From Gekko japonicus (lineage: Eukaryota): 64,000 nucleotides of DNA. The position numbers and the translations under genes are program-made. The notes beneath the pieces were generated by a model. That model was not told where the DNA came from. It saw only the letters and a list, made by a program, of their open reading frames with translations, and searched no databases. The stretch lies in contig NW_015169226.1 in the NCBI RefSeq assembly GCF_001447785.1, positions 248,001 through 312,000 of the forward strand, written 5' to 3'. Shown piece after piece: positions 11,801 through 23,800 of the stretch; the stretch's first letter is position 1; every line of letters begins with the position of its first letter.

Positions 11801-14800
11801 GGTCACACTGGTAGACGACCTTCTGTAATAAGAGAGACGGTGGGAATGTGATCCTGTTGATTTTCTGGAATGTCTTTTGATACCATCAAACATGGCATCC
11901 TTTTGGTCTGTTGGTGTGGGTGGGAATCAACATCTAAAGCCAGTTCCCTATTCCAGAAATCCATGGGGCTTGGACAGAATAGCTGACAAAGTCTGCCAAC
12001 TGTTCTGCTAATAGCATCTGGAAACCATCCAGTTCCATTAGTGTTCAGGGTTGTAACTGGTCTTCCACTCTCACGGAGGTTAATTGCGCTACATATTTAG
12101 TCTTAATTAATAGTGATCCATCCAAGGCAAAGGAATAAACAGCATTTTCAGTGCACAGGTCACTCCTATTTTGCTGAGTGCAGGAAACCAGATCTAGTGT
12201 TGACAAGCCTATGAATGGTGGCTATGAAATCCTGAGCTATAAAGGAAGATTTAGGCTGGAAGTTAAAGTATCCCAAATCTGTAAGTTTGAGGAGCCCCAA
12301 TACACATCCGAGACCACCTCTGTCATCTAATTTAGGAGGCTGGTTAGCACATGAACTATATCTCCAGTTTGTCTTGATTTCCCAGCAACCATTCAACATG
12401 CACTGTATCTCAAACTAGACATCTGGTAAGGGAAAGAGAGTCTTTATGGACTATGATAACTCCCCTGCCACTGACTCTAAATTGCTCCTGTACAGAGTAT
12501 CCAGCATGAAGCAATGGGGAGCCTTATGTCTCATCTGGTCAGATATTTATCTACAAACCAACCAACCCCCTTTTATTTATCCCTGAGCCCGTCGTGAAGG
12601 GTGTTTTATTTTGGATTGCTACCCAGAGATTTAATTTAGGACCATGAAATGATGACAAATTCAAGAAGTGAAGCTCTACAGTTGTACAACATATAAAGGA
12701 TCCATTATTGACTTGTCTGCAGCATTTTTCTTTAGGCAGTTGGTACAGCAAATGGTGGAGAGTGTAGTAAAAGTGCTGAAGTTCCTAGTCTTCATCAGGT
12801 TCTAGTGCTTTTGACTGTTGACAGGGTTCTGCAGGAACTGAAAGAAAACCACCAGAATATATCATTAACATGTCCAATACCTTACTTGTGGAGCTTGCTT
12901 ATCCAAAAATAGTTCTAAAAGATCAGCTGATTTTTAGACAGTAGCAGAATTTAAAAATTCCCTTCAGTTTATAAGACAAAATGAAAATCAAGATGTAGAA
13001 GGTAGACAAAATTCAAATTAGAAAACTGATGCAAAACAGTAATGATAGTAAGGAGGACAGCAGACCATGCTGCCAAGAACTAGGCAGGTTTCACTGATAT
13101 TCTTCAAATGAGCACATTTCTGCAAAATATCTTATTATCCAAATGTTGTGTAATTAGTTTAATAAAGTACATCTTAGCGCAGGGATTTCCAGTTAATGTA
13201 CAGTGTTCAGAAAGTGCCTGACTTTCCCATCCCCCTCCATACAGACTTCCCATGTTTAAAACTTGGGGAGGCTGTTCTTTGGAGTGGGGGGAGAAGGCCC
13301 TCTGTGTGCAAGTGAACTCTGTCTCTTGTACAGAAGGGACCCCACTAGATCACAGCCCCAGTGTATACTTGGATAACATACAGTTTCTGTTTTGCTGCTC
13401 CACTAAGTTGTCTCAGTGGTGCCTTTGGCATTAAAAGTCTGTAGCTATGTAAGCATCCATGGTATGTGCATGACACATCTACAGATTTTGAACTTCTGTT
13501 TTGCAAAACTTTGATCTTCTGTTTTGCAGAGCATTCAGATAGTCCCTTGTAAAGAGAATGGGACAGAAATGAGCAAGGACACACAGCTACATTGAGGGCT
13601 TGGCTGGCTCCAAGTTTTGAGTTGGGGGGGGGGCAAGGGGGCTAGAGGATACAAGATAGAATTAGAGCGTTCTTTCTGGGTGAGTGGCTTGGATCCTGTC
13701 CAGTTCTGCAGAAGTCAAAAATGATCAGCATAGTGCTGTGTGTTACAAATGGCTCTTGGGTTATGTCCAAAACTGTTTACTGCTGGAAGGCGCTGGGTCT
13801 CCATTCTGAGGCACTCTGGGGCAGTTTCAGATAAACTAAACAAAGGCGATTTTTATTGCAATGAAAACAGGACAGTAGCTGTTGCATTACTCAGTGGTTT
13901 GTTGATTTATTACTATGTTTATTCACTCAAGGCACCAATCAAGAATACAGCAACAAGTTGATTAAACACTGAGGGAAAAGGAGCTGGAGGAATATACTGT
14001 CTGAGTGGGCGAGACAGGCATAGAGAGAAGAGTACAAGCTGGGCGGCTCATGGGACAGCCAGCTGATACTCTCCCTGGGGAGGATGTGGGGCTTGAAGGG
14101 TTTCTTTCTCAAAATGGGATTGGTTGGGATTTTTCTTTAGGAGCAGATGAAGTAAGAAGAGAGGGAGAGAAGAAGAAGAAGAGAGCGAAAAGGAGAGGAT
14201 AGAACAAGAACTGGTGAGGGCAGAAACGAAAAGAGGCTGGGGAAGCAATTGGGCAGGATTAAAAGGGCAGGATGTAAAGTATAAAAACAGATAAAGCACA
14301 TTTTATTTCTGTTTAAAGCCCTTCACCTCTAGAAGGCACCTGGCTTTCATTGTGAGGCACTCTGGGGCAGTTTCAAAGTTCGTAACAAAAACAGGACAAC
14401 AGCTGTTGAGTTACTTGTGGTTTGTTGATTTATTAATTATTGTCACACTATCACCAGTCATTAATCCTTTATTTTCTAGAAGGCCATGAATGTGTGTATG
14501 GTTCTGAAGGGAAGAGGCTGTTTGGTGTGCAGTTTGTGGCATAGCTTTTAGATGTACTTCCTGTGTTGACTAGCTGTTGAATCTAGTGCCTACCCCTGCT
14601 TTTTTCTCAGAACTGCCTCGTGTATGACAGCATATTTTCACAGTGAGCTCTGTAACGTGTGAGGCAGCCACAAGCTTTTATGTTATCATATACCCATAGT
14701 GAAATCACACTGCGGAAACCTGGGGCCAGTTGTGGCTTCCTGTAGCATATTGTAGCTGAGAACATGTAGTGCAATAACCACGTGTCTGCCTCTAACATTG

Positions 14801-17800
14801 TGGAGTTTACTGGGAAAATGCACCATAAAAATGCAGTTCAGTTGCTGTTTCAGCCTTGTTTTGTATCTTTTCTTTTCACCGACCCACCTCTTCTGCTAGG
14901 TAATTCATTCTAGCAGCTCTTCAGGCTTGCCAGCTTCCTCTTACTCCACCTTTTTGTGCCAAACCTTCTGACCCTTCTGTTAGGGTTGCCAACTCTGGAT
15001 TGGGACATACCTGGAGATTTGGGGTGTGGAGTCTGGGGAAGGCATGGTTTGGGGGGGGGGGAAGGGGCCTCAGCAGGGTATAAGGCCATAGAGTTCACCC
15101 TCCAAAGCAGCCATTTTATCCAGGGGAACTGATGTCTATTACATGGAAATCAGTTGTAATAGCAGGAGATCTCCAGCCATCACCTGGAGGTTGTATCAAT
15201 ATAAAGACACTCCGTGAATGAATTACGAACAAAAGCAGAAAGATTATATTGTGCAAAACAATTCAAACAGTTTTAAATCTTTGTTAAAGTTCAACAAACC
15301 CTTATATATTCTTAATAAGCTAGGATCAGAAGTACTTGATACAAAAGGAAAACTCAAAGTCCACAAATCCTTTGTATAAAGACAAACTTCAGGAGAGCAA
15401 AGGTTCTATGTCTTGTATGAGCAGCAGCTATACACAGCTGGCTGCACGGTCGCGTTCACGTTTTGCTTCTTCAGATAGCTGGTACTCTTTAGCTGTGAAA
15501 CTGAAAATATACTTTTATGTCACATCCACTAAATTACAACATATTTACTACATCCCCAGTTGTCAGCACATACATACTCACTGAAATAAAGTTTCAACAA
15601 TTCTCCTTCAACTAGTTCTCCACTCACTCCACTGACAAGTTCTCTTTCTGCCGATTAGGCTTCTACAATAGTGGTGGTGGTGAACTCACAACATTCACCA
15701 TTAAGTATGCACTGACAACCTGGAGTCACAATATTCTGACACAGCTTACATCAGTACACAATATCCTATTTTATATTTTTTCATTTCTAAGAATAAAATT
15801 TCTAATGAAACTGGTGGGGTGACCAAAGGAAGGAAAACTGACCTGAAAAAACCTACTTGTATACAACCAACAGAATCTTACAAGAAACAACTCAAATCAA
15901 AATCAGTGTGCAGACCATTAGGGATCAAGGTGTTTAATTTAAAGATGTTCCTGGCGAAGTAATTCCTTCATAGCCAATGGACATTTTGAGTCTGCAACAA
16001 AGAGCACATCACATCTAAACTGGTCTTCTTTGTGGTTTTGAGAGACGAAATGCTCTGTGAGTGGTGCTTCCCTTGTTTGTCGTTTATTTCTTGTGATGTG
16101 TTCCATAATTCTTAATTTCAGTGGTCTGGTGGTACTTCCAATGTATAATTTTAAACAATCACACTGGATGAAATACACAACAAAGGCACTTCCACAGGTA
16201 GAACTTACATTACTATAAACATTTAAGGTGAAATTGTCACTTTCCCACATTACCTTGCAGGCTTTACATTTTAAACAGCGTCTGTGTCCCTTGGACTGAG
16301 TCCTAACCTTACATCTGATCTAACTATGATGTCCTTAAGAGTGTCTTTATATTGATACAGTCTCCTCTCGTGAGCTCTCATTTTGGTATATCACCTGGAG
16401 GTTGGCACACCTGACAGAGCAGTCGTTCAATATTCAAGTTTGCCACTTCGTGGTGCTCCCAGATACATTTTTGTGCATCTCGCAGCAGTGACCAGGCACG
16501 CTTTTTGCTCACTCCAGTACTGAGATTTGAATACCCTGCCTATCATACACAGTGATAGATACCTGTTTAAAACAAGGCCGAGTCTGTACACCTTTCGGCA
16601 CAGGCAGTGACTGATGTTTTTTTTTTCCTCATCATGCTAAGTTTATGATCTCTAGCAGGGCTATTTTTCGGCAGGAACGCACAGGAATGGAGTTCCGGCT
16701 GGCTTCAGAGTTGGCCATGCCCACTACACCCAAAACCTTTGCATGCGTGGCTACAGAGGGAAGGCCTGGAGAGTAAACCCCACCCCCGTGACTCCAAGGT
16801 GGCGGGCCAGGGGGGGCCCCTGGAAGGATCAGGGAGGCCTTTAAATGCCTCCCCGTGCCTCCCCTGGCCTGTCCAAGGGCTCCCTGCAGCCACGGGGTGC
16901 CCAGGCAAGCCAAGTGAAGACAGTTTAAACTGCCTTCCCTTTCTTTCAAGGGGGGGGCCTTGCCCAGGCAAGTCAAGGGAAGGCATGGGGTGTGGTCTAA
17001 TATGCTAATGAGCAGCACTGTCAGGGGTGTGGCCTGTTATGCTAATGAGTTCCTGCTGGGCTTTTTCTTAAAAAAAGCCCTGATCTCTAGTAACTTGTGG
17101 AAATATACTTTGTGTACTTCCACATCTTTTGAGATGCTGAATGGGGAAATATATACTCTGCACTGCCACTTTTTGGTTTGTATTTTGCATATATTTTGAA
17201 CATTCCCAATGTCCACCTCTACTTTGAAGATTCGTACTCTGTAGATGCTTGGAGTTTTGTCTTTGTTTGTTTGTTTGCATTATTCTGAGAATAAGACAGC
17301 AGTCTTGTGAAGTGACCGGTTGCTGTCTAGCTCTGAGCTGGTTTTGTTTGTTCTTCTCAGCAGTGCACATACTGGCTAGTTGTTACTAGTGATGGTAGCC
17401 AGACTGACTGCCCAGCATCAGATAGAGCTGGGTGTCATCAGCATACTGGTGACACCCCAGCCCATAACTCCAGGCAATCTGGGTAAGGGGGCGCATGTAG
17501 ATGTTAAATAACATCGGGGAAAGCACCGCCCCTTGAGGCATTCCACATTCTAGTGGGTACCTCTGGGAGAGCTGTTCCCCTCACGCCACCCTTTGTCCCG
17601 ACCATGGTCCCAATGTCCACCTCTACGTTGAAGATTCGTACTCTGTAGATGCTTGGAGTTTTGTCTTTGTTTGTTTGTTTGCATTATTCTGAGAATAAGA
17701 CAGCAGTCTTGTGAAGTGACCGGTTGCTGTCTAGCTCTGAGCTGGTTTTGTTTGTTCTTCTCAGCAGTGCACATACTGGCTAGTCAAGCCAACTGAATAA

Positions 17801-20800
17801 CTTTTCATTTTTTGTTTCTTTGATCTGGGAACAACAACATATACAGTATTCACCATTTGCAATTGGACATTGTTGTTCCATCTCTTTCTTGTGGTGGAGG
17901 CGATGTTTATTTATTTATATTTTAATTTATATCCCACTCTACCCCACCAAAGCAGGCTCAGGGCAGCTCACGCAAAATAAAATACAGATTAAAACAATCA
18001 GATCACCAAAACCATTAAAACAACTCATTAAAACAATACAATATTAAATATCAAAGTGCTAGCGATGTTATTCCAATATCATAGTTATGGTGTTGCTGCG
18101 TGAGTGTATACCATATGATGTTTATTTCCAGCATTGATCTTACTCAGCACGCACAGGCTGTCGATAATTCACCAGGAACCAGGCTCTGCAGTTGTTACTA
18201 GTGATGGTAGCCAGACTGACTGCCCAGCATCAGATAGAGCTGGGTGTCATCAGCATACTGGTGACACCCCAGCCCATAACTCCAGGCAATCTGGGTAAGG
18301 GGGCGCATGTAGATGTTAAATAACATCGGGGAAAGCACCACCCCTTGAGGCATTCCACATTCTAGTGGGTACCTCTGGGAGAGCTGTTCCCCTCACGCCA
18401 CCCTTTGTCCCGACCATGGAGAAAGGAGACAAGCCATTGCAAGACAAGCCCCTGTACTCCTGCATCAGCGAGGTGGCAGACCAGTAACTGATGGTCGACC
18501 GTGTTGAATGCAGCCGACAGGTCTAACGACAACAGCAACACTGAACCGCCCCGATCCAGATGCCTCCAGAGATTGTCCGTGAGGGCGACCAGTGCTGTCT
18601 CCGTCCCACGGCCTGGGCAAAAACTGGACTGGAAGGGATCTAGAATGGAAGCATCATCCAAGAAGCTCTGTAGCTGAATTGCCACGGCCCTCTCTATTAT
18701 TTTGCCCAGATAGGGCAAATTGGAAACCGATCCAAAGATGGTTTCTTCAAAAGAGGACACACCACTGCTTCCTTGAGCACCCCAGGGAGCCAGCCCTCAA
18801 TGAGGGGCTTCTTGATAATTTCCCTTAGGGTGCCTCGCAGCCCATTGTGGCCAGCTTTAATTAGCCACAACGGGCACGGATCAAGGCAGCACAGTCGATG
18901 TTCTGGCAAAGGTGGCATCAAAAGCTGTTTCTTTTCTGGGCATCAAATCATAATAGCCCAGTTATTTGCTGAAGGCAATCCCTGTACATAAAGAATAGAG
19001 ACAAGATTAGGGCCATCTTATTTAATTTGTGTGGCTATCCGATTTGGCCTTGTTGGATAGTCCTACACCGGTGTATGAGGTCACACCATTGTATTCTATC
19101 TGGAGTGCATTGCTTCTGCTACCAGATAAAATGTTTTCTGTGATTAGGAGATGAATATGGGAAGCTATCACAAATCAGATTAGAATCAGTTTTTGTGTTG
19201 CCACGTGTAGGCCTCTCTCCCAAAACTGAGATGTCTCAAACACACTGAGGCAGTCACAGAGCAGCCTGAGACTGTTCCTTATCATGATGACCTGGCATCT
19301 CCCTGTTTTGTTGCTTGTGATCCAAGAACTCGTTACAGCCCAATCAGTGGAAATCTAATGCAAACTCTTTTGTCTGCAACTTTCAGTCACAGACCCTTCA
19401 TCACTACTTTGTGATAATGCACAACCAAACCTCAGCAATTATTTTTAACCAAACCTCAGCAGTTTTGGACAGGGAAAATTTTTGAACAGAGAAAAAGGGG
19501 TAGTGAGGGTATGCCTAACACATTCTTTGGCCTTAATTTCTTTCCATATACCTCCTTCCCCTCTGGAGTTAAAAAGACTTCTTTTGAGCCCTGGGTTGAG
19601 AGAACCCACCAGAATGGAGAGGGAAGGGAGAATTTGGAGCAGAGAAATTCTTGTTTCTCTGCTGAAAGTCCCATACCCTGAAGATGCCTCTTATTTTTAA
19701 TAAGGTGGTACTGGGACTCCATGAACGTGCAAGTGTGCATCATGTGTAGTTAGTCTCTCTGAATGACCTTCCTTGTGAGGCTTTCATGTAGCTTGTGGTG
19801 CCACGTCTCTCTTAAGTGTGGACCTCCTTGGAGAGTACTTCCTTAGCCTGAAGCGGAGCTCAGGGAAGGGGTGTAGTGACACTTACAGGTCACAGCCCTA
19901 GTGGACCATTGCCCATGGCAACGGTGATGATGCAAACAGGTGTAGGCTTGCCCAACCATTTTCATCATTGCCACAGCCCAAGTCCGAGCTGAGGGGACTC
20001 TGAGGCACTGCCATCACAGCAGGGGCCCTTGGTTCCACTTGCTCCAGGGTTGTGTTAACATATCAGTCCATTTGTGGAGGGAGTCATGTGACAAGTCACT
20101 GGGCTTCTCAAACTGATGCTCCTTGATTAGTAATGTGGCCTGCCAGGGAGCCATGGGAATAGTGTGGTGTTGTATGGCACACAACGATAGGATGCTCTCA
20201 AGTAGCGCGTTACAGCTCCAGTAATGCTCCAAGGCATACTTTCTTCTTATATTCATTCTCACTCAAATGCTTGTTGAAGTAGGCTTAACTTCTTTTCTTA
20301 GGGACAGAGAACATATAAGCCCCCTGTCCACCATCTGATTGTCGTGTTTGCTCCGTGTCTACTAAATTCTCACAGTTCCAAAATAGATTGTTAATGAATT
20401 GGGTCACTTGAGGCTTGCTTTGAGAGGCAAAGATGCTACTTGGAAGAGATGGGTTCTGTAATATACTAAAGATTCAACTATATTTAGAAATAAACTCTAC
20501 AGGACTTAGCTAGCTTATGAAAACAGGAGCTTTTGGGGCTCACTCTGTAGGTGTGTTGAGAATGTTTTCTCTCTGCTGTTACACCCAATTTGCACCTTCT
20601 GCCGGAGACTTCTACAAGACAGGGCTGTCCGGAATTTCCCCTACTCACATTGCTCTGTGGCTGTTGATCTGGGAAAGAGGGAGGCAAGGGGGGCCAGGGG
20701 GGCCAGGGCACTGATCTGTGGATTTGGGTTCTATTTTTGTCTTCCCTGGTAAGTTCTGGCTGACCAAATTTGTGGCTACAGAGATCCAGTTGCTATAGAG

Positions 20801-23800
20801 ATAACAAAATGTCTCCGTCATTCTAAATAGCCCTTCATTTTTGTTTGGCCACTGTAGCCAAAGTCAATTTAGGGGGCTTAACCTTCTGTCCGACTTCAGG
20901 CATCCACTCTTGCTGCATTATGGGAACATTTTGTGTATCTGAATAATAAAGCCAGATAGCCAGAAAAAAGAGAATTGGGTTGTGATGAGTCTTTTTACAT
21001 ACAAAATTATTTTTCAGCCCACTGGACGAGGAGCTCGTCTCCCAGAGGTTTACTGTATTATAAGCTGCCTGGGTTGCTTCGGCCTGTTCTCAAAGGTAGG
21101 CTTTCTGGACTCTCTGTGTTTGTGTGTCATTTCCCCCTCCTACCCAAGCTTTTGTGTCCAGCTATACAACAGTGAAATTGGCCCAGAATTGCTTATCTTG
21201 TTGTTCCATGATAAAACTCTGATATATAATTTCTTTGGGGATAGAAAAGTCAAGGCTCAGTCAGATGTTAGTCAGTCAGATGTTAGATAGTTCGCTTTGG
21301 GGATAGAAAAGTCAAGGCTCAGTACTATGTATAACTATAAATGTCAGATGTTAGATAGTTTGGTGCTCTTTGGTTTTCCCCTGTGGTGAGGGAAAATGCT
21401 CTTTGCACATGCACAGAGGCATTATTAGACTTGAGAACCATGGTTATACAGTAGCTTGGGTATTTATTTATTTATTTATTTACTTCATTTATACCCCGCC
21501 TTTCTCCCCATTGGGGGCCCAAAGTGGTGCTGGGGATTATGGGACCCTCATGGATAAAAGCCAGGTGGGGACAACAGCTGTAGTAAGGAGGGGAATTGGT
21601 CAAGACAGAGTGAAGAAATTGGTTGGATGCACCCCATTGCTAGGAACAGATTCAGAGTGGTAGCAGATAGGTTGACCGGTGTTCCTTTTCTTCCATTAGA
21701 TTTTGGACGAGGTGGAGAAAAGGCGGCAGATCTCTGCAGCGGTCATCTATCCCTTTATGCAGGGTCTGCGGGAATCGTCCTTTCCAGCACCTGGGAAAAC
21801 AGTCACCATTAAGAGCTTCATCCCTGACTCGGGGACAGAGGTTTGTGCCTGCTAAGTGATCTTGGCTGGTTCTGTCACAGCTAGTAAACAACTGTGGCAA
21901 CAATTGAGCTGCAAGCGCAGGAAGGTTAAAGCTGATGCTCTCAAAACACTCTCTATGTGGCCGGCCGGCCTTTGTCTGTCCGGGTTTCAACATCCTCTTG
22001 GTGAATGAACTGTCTGTCATGAGCACAAACCACAATTTTGCACATCAGAAAGGCATTACAGGTTGTCCTTTTGGGAAATGACGTGAAGGACCTGATGGCC
22101 ACAAGCATAGTGGTGTCAGGATAGAGAGGGGATTAGAAGGGCTGTCCTAAAAAGAGTTGGAGCCTTTTAAGTCCACTGAGGTCAGTTGGCTTAGGAGAGT
22201 GTAACTCTGCTTAGGATTGCATGATAAAGCATCTGACTATGGCCGTGCTTTGGACGGAGCAAATACTCACAGTGCTTTTGCCTATGGCCCCAGAGCTGTC
22301 AAGGCTGTGTGTACATACCCGGGGACAGATATGGATACCCACACTGCCATTTAGGAGGACCAGGTGCAAAAGTACAAGGCTTCTGGACATCTTATAGCTT
22401 TCTGCAGATTTCCTTGCCTTTGCGTGGCTGGTAGGGTGGCCAACCTCAAGGTGCAGCCTGGAGTTCTCCAGGAACCATGACTGATCGCCAGACTGTGGTG
22501 CTCAGCTCCCCTGGAGGAAATGACAGCTTTGGAGGGCAGGCTGTGTGGTATCACATCCCTCCCGTCTCCAAACTCTGCCCTGCCCCCGGTACCACATCCA
22601 AATCCCAGGGATTTCTCAAGATGGTGTTGGCAGCCCTCAAGGCAGGCAGCACATGCCACGTATTCTGCAAGGCCATTAAAGGTACTGGAGCCCCTTCCTG
22701 TTTTGCATGTGGTTGTCCTTCTGGCATTGCTTGTCTGGGCATGGCAACTAGGGTGTCGGCATTGGCATTGTGTTTTGGATCACGGTGCAAACAAGTCCTG
22801 GCAATGAGTCACATCTCTGTTACCTTTACAGAGTTGCATAGAAGAGGGAATCTGGGCAGATGCTGCTTATCTACTGTGACATGACAATCTACCTCTGTCC
22901 TAGTTCTTTCCTCTATGGAACTAAGGTACAGGGGGCCAGTCTTGCAGTACACCTGGCTACTCTAGTGGCATGCAGCAGCTGACTTTTGCCCTGGGGAGAT
23001 GCCCCCGTTTCTTAACAATATTCCGTCAGTGGTAAGCCACAGGGCAGAACGTGACTTGTTCTGCTGATCTTTCTTCTGCGCTGACTTACCAGTGAGTTTG
23101 GCTTCCTATTCATGTGTCAAAAGCGTCTCTGTTTTAGTTCCAGAGAATGTCAACTTGGTATGATTTCCTGGCTTGCTTAATGCTCTAGGCAGCTGGGGGA
23201 ATGAGATAGTGGGTGCTGAGCACATATTCCTCAACAGCATCGGAAAACTGTCTTCTCGTTACCCTTAAATGGACATAGTGCTATCTGCTTCTGCCTTCCA
23301 CCAGACCATTATTTACTTGCTAGGAAAGGAAGAGCTGAGGACAGAAAGCAGATCATTTCAGCAGCCGGGCTGCTGCACACATGCAGCGCAACCAGAGAGT
23401 CAAGCTCCAGGAAACCAGTTCTGTGTATTCAAACTAGAAGACGCCTGTGCCCATTGGCTGGAAAGCCAGCAACATCACTAATCCACTTCCCCTCTCCTCC
23501 CAGATCAGTTTTCCAGAGTTTTAAGAATTTGTTCTGTTTTCAAACATGCATAAATATAAGGGTGTGCATGTGTGAGAGAATGTGAATATGTTAATTAATG
23601 TGCATGTACTGCTTTAGAAAGAAAAAAGGCAGACAGCCTGGAGTGCTGGGGAGGAGTCAAGTACTGGGCATTTTTGTGCACACAAAACCAATGTCTTTCA
23701 GTGAACCTGAAAGTACCTAGCACCAGAAGGATGCGTTGCGCACCTCCACAACAGATAAAAAAAAGAGCTGAAGTGGAAACAGGGTTTAGGATCCAAGCCT

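Noticed and set aside
17068-17774. Paralogous small ORFs MCTAEKNKQNQLR...
   Set aside because: A by-product of the 177-bp duplication.
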